From IMG/VR virus record IMGVR_UViG_3300048856_000120, positions 1 through 40,393 of that record: 40,393 nt of DNA; one strand, given 5' to 3'. The notes beneath the pieces were generated by a model. That model had not been told where the DNA came from and ran no database searches. It saw nothing but the letters and a program-made list of their open reading frames with translations. This stretch comes from a virus. Lineage: Duplodnaviria > Caudoviricetes. Both the position numbers and the translations under genes were made by a program. Each line of letters opens with the position of its first letter. Position 1 is the stretch's first letter. Positions 1 through 7,339 of the stretch are shown here, piece after piece.

Positions 1-137
1 GCCCTAATACCCTTCGCGTCATTAAGCGGAAAGTCATCATTACCGGGCCACTTTCCGTCAATTGGAATGCCGAGCGCAAAGATGCACTATTTCAAAATCA
101 GCAATTTTTCGAGGCACTTTTAGCAAAGTCCAAGCTT

Positions 138-797
138 CTATTGAGCGGCAGCCCTCCTATCCCTTTCAATGCGCTCGAGCCGATCAAGCACCTGCATGTT
201 GAGATCCCGTTGTCCGAAGAACCCGGACTGTGTCTGCTTGATCTCGTCAATCTGACGTTGCAGGTTCTGGCTGGCTGCCATGCGGGCTTGCCGATCGGCC
301 GCGAGCTGCGCATCGTATGAGACCCATACCCGTTCGTGCTCCTTCCGGGGCACCTGATCCTCTTGTAGCGATTTGACCGACGCTTCCATGCGCGCGCGGT
401 CTTCGGTCCCTCTTGCCTGTCGCCAGTCCATCTCTTCGCGTGTGACCATGCGTTCAGACAGGGTCAGCACGGAGGATTTCAGATCAGTCGTGGCGGTATT
501 GATCGGCCAGTAAGCCAGACCGCCAAGGAGCGTGCAGAAGGTCAGTGCCACACCCAGAGCCTGCCATTGCGGCTTGTTGCGCTCGGCGATGGTGGTCGAC
601 AAAGCTGACAAGGAACTGCGCGTCTCATTGGCAAGGCCGCTGAGTGCCGTTTCCATCTGCTTAAAGCCGGAGCGCATTTCCGATTCAAGATCGGTCTGCC
701 GTCGTCCCAGATTGGTGACGCGTTCGCCGAGCTGCGCCTGCATCGCGTCCTGGTAGTGCCGGGAAGCATCATTACCATTGTTCATATCATCCACCAT
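138..797 (-). CDS. Lysis-region membrane protein (coiled coil plus one TM segment)
   Basis: 219 aa, AAGGA RBS, hydrophobic WQALGVALTFCTLLGGLAYW between coiled-coil stretches, directly after the spanins. Confidence 0.75.
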   Translation of the reverse strand: MVDDMNNGNDASRHYQDAMQAQLGERVTNLGRRQTDLESEMRSGFKQMETALSGLANETRSSLSALSTTIAERNKPQWQALGVALTFCTLLGGLAYWPINTATTDLKSSVLTLSERMVTREEMDWRQARGTEDRARMEASVKSLQEDQVPRKEHERVWVSYDAQLAADRQARMAASQNLQRQIDEIKQTQSGFFGQRDLNMQVLDRLERIERDRRAAAQ

Positions 798-813
798 TGA
801 GGTTCCTTGCCCG

Positions 814-1113
814 CTATTGGATCGTCTTGCTGAGATTGTCGTAGAAGCCAGCGCAACGGTCCGTGCGGCTGTTCTGTCGGTCGAGGGCTAGCCTTTCCCG
901 CTTGAGGACTGATCGCACTTCCGAACCAACGACAAGCGCTGCATGAGCTTCCTTGGCCCGGCAATCCTCCGGATAGGCCGGAAGGGTGACGCGCGCCTGA
1001 GCCGTGCCTGTCTGGGTAGCGGCAGTCTTCAATTGCTTATCGAGACTCGAACATCCGGATATCATCAGCATTGAGATCGCACCTGCGACCAGCAGCCCGT
1101 AAGAGTTTTTCAT
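814..1113 (-). CDS. Rz1-like outer-membrane lipoprotein (o-spanin)
   Basis: Start MKNSYGLLVAGAISMLMISG-C (lipobox). Overlaps the 3' end of the i-spanin in another frame; Pro- and Cys-containing C-terminus. Confidence 0.75.
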   Translation of the reverse strand: MKNSYGLLVAGAISMLMISGCSSLDKQLKTAATQTGTAQARVTLPAYPEDCRAKEAHAALVVGSEVRSVLKRERLALDRQNSRTDRCAGFYDNLSKTIQ

Positions 1114-1471
1114 AGTCTCGAATCCTTGTTTCGGTGTCGGCTGCCGTCTGCTCGTCTCGAGCGCGATCGTTCTTGGCGATTTCCTGATAGCTGGAGATGA
1201 CGATCTGTCCGGCGTTGACCTGGCGTTGCAGCTCGGTTGCCTTGGCTTCAGCCGCCGTCGCTCGCGCCTCTGCCACATATCCTTCCCGTGCCGCTGCGGC
1301 AGCCTTCGCCCTCTCCGTCGGCACTCGACCGACGATCAGTTCGCGAACAACCGGGATGCGATCGGCAAACGGAATGTCGCGCAGAACGGGCACGCCTTCG
1401 TAGTAGGCAAGCATCATAAGGAAGATGCAGAGCGGAGCGCCGAGCGCGCGTAGAACCACGAGGAGGGTCAT
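1037..1471 (-). CDS. Rz-like inner-membrane spanin (i-spanin)
   Basis: N-terminal TM, Ala-rich coiled coil, C-terminal Cys; follows the endolysin with a 4-nt overlap. Confidence 0.75.
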   Translation of the reverse strand: MTLLVVLRALGAPLCIFLMMLAYYEGVPVLRDIPFADRIPVVRELIVGRVPTERAKAAAAAREGYVAEARATAAEAKATELQRQVNAGQIVISSYQEIAKNDRARDEQTAADTETRIRDYEKLLRAAGRRCDLNADDIRMFESR

Positions 1472-1947
1472 TTCAGCCCCTCAAGGCAAATCGCCCTTTC
1501 ATCGGATCGGCGGAGGACCAAACCACGCACATTCTTCTTTGCGCCGGCGTTGACGTAGAGCATCAGCGCATTGCATGCGCCGCGAAGATCCCCTGCGTTC
1601 GCCAGGCGCGCCATGCTTGATCGGCAGAAAGCCCCTACTCCGATGTTGTAGGTTCCGGAGAGAAAGGCGAGATACGATTTGTCGGGAATGGCATCCGGGT
1701 TTTTCAGGCATTTGCGCATTCCCGCCTCGTGGTCAACCAGGCTATCAACGAGCATCGAATCGCACTGGCCCTTGGTGAACTTCATCCCCTTGTGCATGCC
1801 TTTGGTCTCGCCATAGCAGCCGGTCCACACCCCAATGATGTCTGGATAGCTGTAGAGCCTGAGGCCTTCCTTGCCGCCGACATAACCGACCGCGACCGCA
1901 CCAAGAGCTGTGACGCCAACGAGGGCGTTGCGTATTCTACTTTTCAT
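1468..1947 (-). CDS. GH24 phage lysozyme, probable SAR endolysin
   Basis: EGLRLYSYPDIIGVWTGCYGET catalytic E/D/T motif, YNIGVGAF, GLVLRR; weakly hydrophobic Gly/Ala N-terminal anchor. Start taken at MKSR (1947). Confidence 0.92.
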   Translation of the reverse strand: MKSRIRNALVGVTALGAVAVGYVGGKEGLRLYSYPDIIGVWTGCYGETKGMHKGMKFTKGQCDSMLVDSLVDHEAGMRKCLKNPDAIPDKSYLAFLSGTYNIGVGAFCRSSMARLANAGDLRGACNALMLYVNAGAKKNVRGLVLRRSDERAICLEGLK

Positions 1948-2158
1948 CTGAGATGCCTTTCTGGGCGACAAGCCGCGCAACGAAGGCGAAGCCGACCGTG
2001 AAAAAGGTCAGCAAGGCGAACAGGCGCGGCGGGATGGGAAGGATGCCGTCAAGCAGCGGCAGGACGACTTCTGCACCGGACAAAAGACCGGCAAGCAGCA
2101 TCAAGCGGATGCTCCACGCATAGCGAAGCACCGCGCGCCAGTTACGGACGGGTTTCAT
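1937..2158 (-). CDS. Holin (two TM segments)
   Basis: 73 aa, NWRAVLRYAWSIRL then two hydrophobic segments, immediately upstream of the lysozyme. Confidence 0.8.
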   Translation of the reverse strand: MKPVRNWRAVLRYAWSIRLMLLAGLLSGAEVVLPLLDGILPIPPRLFALLTFFTVGFAFVARLVAQKGISDEK

Positions 2159-2199
2159 TTGTGATTTCCTTGTTCGGGGGGTTCGGGAGTATTTTAGAT

Positions 2200-2281
2200 G
2201 GGCTGAGGGTTCTCTCCCGTCAGCAGAGGCCCGGTTTATCGGTAATCGAGGGGGGAGCTGATAGATCGGGCCTTGCTTCTT
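2200..2281 (+). ncRNA. Candidate anti-SD sRNA copy 1 (suhB/alpha-r8-like architecture)
   Basis: Hairpin GCTGA..TCAGC enclosing TTCTCTCCC, then a long stem 2226-2242/2258-2274 and a pyrimidine tail. Confidence 0.5.
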
Positions 2282-2292
2282 AGCCGAGCATC

Positions 2293-2317
2293 GGAACGTT
2301 AAGCCCGTGTTGCAGTT
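2293..2317 (+). promoter_or_regulatory. EcfG/RpoE2 (general stress sigma) promoter
   Basis: GGAAC-N17-GTT about 6 nt upstream of sRNA copy 2. Confidence 0.6.
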
Positions 2318-2323
2318 TATCGC

Positions 2324-2393
2324 GGGTCGGGGTTTACCCTCTCCGACAGAGGCTCGTCTAAGCGCGCACCACCGATCTAGATGGGCCTCATTT
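2324..2393 (+). ncRNA. Candidate anti-SD sRNA copy 2
   Basis: Hairpin GTCGG..CCGAC carrying CCCTCTCC, then stem GAGGCTCGTCTA/TAGATGGGCCTC plus ATTT; same layout as copy 1. Confidence 0.55.
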
Positions 2394-2410
2394 AGAGCAA
2401 GGAGCCCGAT

Positions 2411-3076
2411 CTATCGGTAATTGCGGTCCGGTAGGTCGGGCTTTCCGTTAAAGCCGAGGCCATCTAGCCTTATTGTCCAGAGCTTGTTGCCTGCGATTGG
2501 CGATCGTTCCATGGTAAATACCTCGGGACGAGACTCGAAGTAGCTTTCTAGCTGCTGGAACCTGTTCCTTTGTCCACTGATGAATGGAGCAAACTGCAGC
2601 CTGACCTGACGCAACAGCTCTGAAGCTTCTCTAGACGAAGCGAACATCCGGTAGATTTCGAATGTCGATTGAGGTTTCAGTAGCGGATCCAAGTTTTTCC
2701 ACATTCCAACGAATTGGTTGACCAACGCCAGCTTTGGATCTGGACGCCTCGGACTTTTCGGCGGGGACAAGGCGAGCGCTAACCTTTGCGCGGCGTCCAC
2801 GATCTCGACGTAACGGTCAGTATCCTTGTCAATAACCTTGCCATTTACAGTGACAGCACCCGTCGTGATTGTAACGGGAAAGCGAACCGACCCATCAATT
2901 AGAAGCAGTACGTGCGGCGATTCTCCCATTTCACCAGCAGATACAATTAAAGAACACGTGTGCTCTGCCGGGTCCGGACATGATTCGCGCCATCGGATTG
3001 CTTTCGCCACCGATTGTAGGAATGCTCGAACCGCAAGGATGTCTCTATCGCGATAGACAGGATTAAATGTCCACAT
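2411..3076 (-). CDS. Hypothetical moron protein
   Basis: 221-aa ORF, lower GC, divergent from the porin; no recognisable motif. Confidence 0.6.
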   Translation of the reverse strand: MWTFNPVYRDRDILAVRAFLQSVAKAIRWRESCPDPAEHTCSLIVSAGEMGESPHVLLLIDGSVRFPVTITTGAVTVNGKVIDKDTDRYVEIVDAAQRLALALSPPKSPRRPDPKLALVNQFVGMWKNLDPLLKPQSTFEIYRMFASSREASELLRQVRLQFAPFISGQRNRFQQLESYFESRPEVFTMERSPIAGNKLWTIRLDGLGFNGKPDLPDRNYR

Positions 3077-3319
3077 TGTGTTGAGAAATGCCTTATTTTG
3101 CGTGTTCTAAAGGAGGCTTCCGGAAGACGAAAGTTACTAGTTCCTTAATGATTTCAACCTGTTGTAGCTAATGAATGGTTAATACTGGGTAGTTTCGTGA
3201 TAAAATGGCAACACCAAGGCGGCAAGCGTGGCAACAAAGCCACTTGGTGATTGCCGTGGTCGATAAAATTGGATTAAACAGTATTGGTCAATATGACTGA
3301 GACATTGGAGAGATCAACA

Positions 3320-4411
3320 ATGAACATTAAGAGCCTTCTTATCGGCTCCGCTGCAGCCCTGGTTGCAGTCTCGGGGGCACGTGCTGCAGACGCAGTAGTT
3401 GTTGCAGAACCAGAGCCAGTTGAATACGTTCGCGTTTGCGACGCATACGGCGCTGGCTTCTTTTACATTCCAGGAACTGAAACCTGCCTGAAGATCAGCG
3501 GCTATGTCCGTTATGATGCTGCTGGTGGCGACAACGTTTACACAGGCGGCAACGTCGGTGCAGACGGTGAAGAAACCTGGTACAAGCGCACTCGTGCAGA
3601 AGTTCGTTTCGACGCTCGTTCGGAAACCGAACTCGGCACTCTGCGTTCCTACATCCAGGGCCGTTTCCAGTTCACGAACGGCGATGACAATGGTGGTTCG
3701 CTGCCGCAGGCATGGATCGAACTCGGCGGCTTCCGCATCGGTGTTGCTGACGAACTCTTCGGTTCGTGGACGAACTATGCTGGCAACATCATCAACGACG
3801 ATGTTATCAACTACCAGTCCGGCACAACCAACCAGGTCAGCTACACCTTCACTGGCGGCAATGGTTTCTCCGCAATGATCGGTGCTGAACAGGGCCAGGA
3901 CGGTTTCGGTACCTTCGGCGACGATTATGTTATCGAAGATTACATGCCACACGTTCTTGCTGGTGCGAAGTTTGAACAGGGCTGGGGTGGTATCTCCGGT
4001 GTTGTTGGCTACGACTCCAACATTGAAGAGTTCGCTGGCAAGCTGCGTTTGGACGTAAAGGTAACGGACACGATCTCGTTGTTCGCAATGGGCGGATATC
4101 AGTCCGGCTATGACGAAGACCTGGTTGACCGTAACTGGTTCGGCGCTTGGGAAGGCGATTGGGCAGCTTGGGCAGGTTTCTCTGCTAAGCTCACCGAGAA
4201 GGCCACTCTTAACGGTCAGGGCGCATACGAGTCCGAAGGCACCTATGCTCTCGCGCTTAACGTAGCTTACGAACTGGTTCCTGGTTTCGTTATCACGCCA
4301 GAAATCAACTACACCAAGTTCGATGGCGCTCGTGCTGATCAGGCTGATTTCCTCAGCGGTGGCGATGACGACGCATTCGGCGGTATCATCCGCTTCCAGC
4401 GTAACTTCTAA
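3320..4411 (+). CDS. ropA: RopA/Omp2-family outer-membrane porin (Porin_2)
   Basis: MNIKSLLIGSAAALVAVSGARA|ADA..EPEPVEYVRVCDAYGAGFFYIPGTETCLKISGYVRYD signature, C-terminal RFQRNF, GGAGAG RBS. Confidence 0.95.
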   Translation: MNIKSLLIGSAAALVAVSGARAADAVVVAEPEPVEYVRVCDAYGAGFFYIPGTETCLKISGYVRYDAAGGDNVYTGGNVGADGEETWYKRTRAEVRFDARSETELGTLRSYIQGRFQFTNGDDNGGSLPQAWIELGGFRIGVADELFGSWTNYAGNIINDDVINYQSGTTNQVSYTFTGGNGFSAMIGAEQGQDGFGTFGDDYVIEDYMPHVLAGAKFEQGWGGISGVVGYDSNIEEFAGKLRLDVKVTDTISLFAMGGYQSGYDEDLVDRNWFGAWEGDWAAWAGFSAKLTEKATLNGQGAYESEGTYALALNVAYELVPGFVITPEINYTKFDGARADQADFLSGGDDDAFGGIIRFQRNF

Positions 4412-4436
4412 TCCTTTACTGGATTGGTGTTGAAAG

Positions 4437-4466
4437 TCCGGGGGCTAACGCTCCCGGATTTTTTTT
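4437..4466 (+). terminator. Rho-independent terminator of the porin gene
   Basis: TCCGGGGG-ctaacg-CTCCCGGA followed by T8. Confidence 0.85.
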
Positions 4467-4607
4467 GACTAATCTCTCATTTCGAGTAATGTGCTCAGTG
4501 TCCAAGGCTTTGTAGAAGGACTGCAAGGCTTTGTATGGTGCGATTCTCCAGTCACATCATATTTGATCGCATAAGCGGTGGGCTACCCGGCTCACCGCTT
4601 ATGTTCT

Positions 4608-5057
4608 TTAGAACTCCGCGGCTGCAATCCAAAGCTGATCGATCTGTTCGGACGTCATTCCCTGCATGGTTCCGAACAGATGCACCCACTCATCATCGCG
4701 CCTGAAGGTATTGGCCATCAATGCCATGCGAGCGGGGAACTGTTTTTCCGCTGGAAGTGCCTCGACAAATGCTTCGAAGGCAGCAGGCAACACGCCGGTA
4801 CCTAGATACGCCAAAGCTTCCGCCTGTGTGATGAACCCCATGATGGCGAGTTGCTGGAAGCATTGCCGATCAGATATCTCATAGGGAACTGGCGGCGGTG
4901 GAGGAGTATAGGGCTGGACTTCATCAGGCCACCCTTCCCATTCCTCCAAGCGCTGCCGATCGGCGTTTGCCATGTCGTCGGGGACGTACTTTGTGATCTC
5001 GTCTTCGACAACTTCGAATGTCCTGGCCTCTGTCATTCTTACAGATTCAATTGCCAT
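4608..5057 (-). CDS. Tail fibre assembly/chaperone-like protein
   Basis: Directly after the tail fibre; PYTPPPPP linker and C-terminal EQIDQLWIAAA typical of such proteins. Confidence 0.65.
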   Translation of the reverse strand: MAIESVRMTEARTFEVVEDEITKYVPDDMANADRQRLEEWEGWPDEVQPYTPPPPPVPYEISDRQCFQQLAIMGFITQAEALAYLGTGVLPAAFEAFVEALPAEKQFPARMALMANTFRRDDEWVHLFGTMQGMTSEQIDQLWIAAAEF

Positions 5058-5060
5058 TCT

Positions 5061-7088
5061 TTATAACCTCGAATTCGCTGTGCAGATTGATGAGAAGGTG
5101 CCTGATGTAGTGGTGCCAGTTGACGCTCGGGCTTCCACTGCATTTGTTAATGCCGCGCCACCGGCATTGAGCGCACTTCCGGGAGTTGTAGCAAATCCAC
5201 TAGTACCACCCACATTTGTAAGTGTGAGTGAAGGTGTTGCCCTCATCTGAACCGGAAACTGGAAATTCATATAGTATGACGCTCCCGCCGTAACCGACGC
5301 ACTGAAGATATTATAGGTTTGGTTCCAATACCTCTGACAGTCTTCAAGGTCCGTGCGGTAATCTGTCTTTTCGAAGGGTCGAGCCGCGGTAGCACCATCG
5401 GCATTGATATACATGTCGAAATCGTAAAGATAAAACGTTCCGGATGCACCCATTCCATTAGTGTTGGCGGAGGTTCCGTAAGCGCCGCCGCTCCATCCAG
5501 CTACGCCTTGGAGGTTTGTTCCTAGAGCAAAGCAGAACGACACTTCCATTCCAAGTCCATTGGTTGTGTCCCAAACTGTCGCAGCTGTGTCGCCGGGAAC
5601 AAAGATAGCCTGTCGTGTCGGCGTATTGCCTTGCGGTGCAGTGATGGTAAAGTTCGCGACGTAAGAACGCGTTCCTGCGCCATTCCTAAGTGCTATCGAA
5701 TACGTCCCTGCCGGTCCCGTAAAACCAAACGCCACCACTATCGGACGGGCTGCCGCCGTACCCCACATAAAGTCCGCAATTCGATAGCCTTCAATTCTTG
5801 TTCTGGCGATCCAGTATTCACCCGCAGCGAGTGAAGTGTCGGGCGTAGCGCAGGAGAAACGAAGTCGATTAGATGAACCATCAGGTGTAGGGGCGTTATT
5901 CATCAATTGTGAGGCAAAGGTCCCGGTTGAGGAACCCCAAACCGAATAGAACTGATCTGCAACATAGTAGTTCACAAGGTTCGAAGCCGTGAAGCCATTT
6001 TCCTGACTGATATTGCACGACGGATTGACGAAACGATTGCGCCTCGGGCCATTGCGGAAGGAGTCGACCAACGCAACCGAAATACCCGAATCCTTGAGGG
6101 ATTTACCCGTGGCCCCGTTGAACAATGCAAGGTTATTATCGACCGCAGAAGCAGGTCCGCTGACATCGCCATCGCCTTTGGCTGCAATCAACTGCCATTG
6201 AGTGTTAACGGTGGTGGGCAGCGCTGGGGGAGCGTTGCCGGTCGTGGACATGAGCGCGATCCAGGACGAGTTGTTGTAGAGCACGACATCGTCTTTGACG
6301 TAGGCAGTCGCACCCGAATACGCACCACGGAACACAAAGCCGCTACCCGCCGCTGAGAGCAGGAACCATTGCGTGTTTGATGTCGTCGGCAGGGTTGGCG
6401 GTGCGTTGCCTGTCGTGTTGACACGTGCAACCCATGACGAACCGTTCTGAAGAACGATATTACCGACAACATACGCCGTCAGTGGATTGTACGGTCCTGA
6501 CTGTACGACCGTTCCACTAGGACCAGTCAGATAGGCAGGCGTAGACCAGTCGCCAGACGTACTAGATTTCTTGAAGTAAATTGCAGACCTGCCGTCACCA
6601 ACATCATTGACCAAGACAGAGAAGCCAATCGGCTCGCCATCATAAGCGGCGCGCTCGGCTAGTGTCTCGACCTTGGCATCGGTCTGGATGCCCTCGATAA
6701 GTTCATTCTTCGGAATGAGCGTTAGCGCACCAGTACCCGTAAAGATCGGGATCATGTCCAATGCGCCGGCAAGTGCGGCGAAGGCTTCCAGATTGCCGTT
6801 GCCGAGCTCGACAATCAGGTCGCGCACAGAGCCCGTGTATCGCGAACCATCCGACTGGAACCGCATGCGGTATGGCGCAGCGACAAGTGCCGCCCCCGTC
6901 CATGGCTCAACGAGTTCGATAGTGTCATTGTCGACAACCTCGGCGATGATGGCGCTAAGGTTTTGGACCTTTAACTCATCGCCAGCCTGCAGTGTAGACG
7001 ACGCCCAAAAGGTATCAACGCCGGTGATTGTGGTACCGCCCTCGGCAAGCGATATGGTGCCGACATCGTAGTCTGGTTTGACGGCCAT
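5061..7088 (-). CDS. Tail fibre / receptor-binding protein
   Basis: 675 aa, N-terminal YDVGTISL..GTTITGVDT anchor, two CBM-like repeats, DLEDCQRYW C-terminal module. Confidence 0.85.
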   Translation of the reverse strand: MAVKPDYDVGTISLAEGGTTITGVDTFWASSTLQAGDELKVQNLSAIIAEVVDNDTIELVEPWTGAALVAAPYRMRFQSDGSRYTGSVRDLIVELGNGNLEAFAALAGALDMIPIFTGTGALTLIPKNELIEGIQTDAKVETLAERAAYDGEPIGFSVLVNDVGDGRSAIYFKKSSTSGDWSTPAYLTGPSGTVVQSGPYNPLTAYVVGNIVLQNGSSWVARVNTTGNAPPTLPTTSNTQWFLLSAAGSGFVFRGAYSGATAYVKDDVVLYNNSSWIALMSTTGNAPPALPTTVNTQWQLIAAKGDGDVSGPASAVDNNLALFNGATGKSLKDSGISVALVDSFRNGPRRNRFVNPSCNISQENGFTASNLVNYYVADQFYSVWGSSTGTFASQLMNNAPTPDGSSNRLRFSCATPDTSLAAGEYWIARTRIEGYRIADFMWGTAAARPIVVAFGFTGPAGTYSIALRNGAGTRSYVANFTITAPQGNTPTRQAIFVPGDTAATVWDTTNGLGMEVSFCFALGTNLQGVAGWSGGAYGTSANTNGMGASGTFYLYDFDMYINADGATAARPFEKTDYRTDLEDCQRYWNQTYNIFSASVTAGASYYMNFQFPVQMRATPSLTLTNVGGTSGFATTPGSALNAGGAALTNAVEARASTGTTTSGTFSSICTANSRL

Positions 7089-7089
7089 G

Positions 7090-7263
7090 TTATGCGGGCT
7101 CCTCGGTCGGATCAGTTGGCTTCAGTTTCACAAGCTCTTCGCGCACTTCGTTCAAAGCTTCGTTCAGAAGTTTCACCTGTTCGGCTTCAACCCGGCGCAT
7201 CGCCTGGATGCCAAGAACACGCTGGCGATAGAACTCGTTGAGCGCCATCGCTTCTTCGGCCAT
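7090..7263 (-). CDS. Small coiled-coil tail-associated protein (57 aa, not in ORF track)
   Basis: MAEEAMALNEFYRQRVLGIQAMRRVEAEQVKLLNEALNEVREELVKLKPTDPTEEPA; stop lies 1 nt before the tail fibre ATG. Confidence 0.55.
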   Translation of the reverse strand: MAEEAMALNEFYRQRVLGIQAMRRVEAEQVKLLNEALNEVREELVKLKPTDPTEEPA

Positions 7264-7339
7264 ATCGGCAATCGTGATTTCATGGGTTCTCCTTCCCGCA
7301 GGAGCGGGCTTACTGTGTTCTGTTTTCAGAAAAGTGGCG

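Noticed and set aside
2172-2184. GTTC..GTTC upstream of the holin as a LexA box
   Set aside because: Spacer is 5 nt, not 7.
2200-2421. Repeats as a CRISPR array or type III TA antitoxin array
   Set aside because: Units are diverged, lack unique spacers between identical repeats, have no cas genes nearby and lie downstream of the neighbouring ORF.
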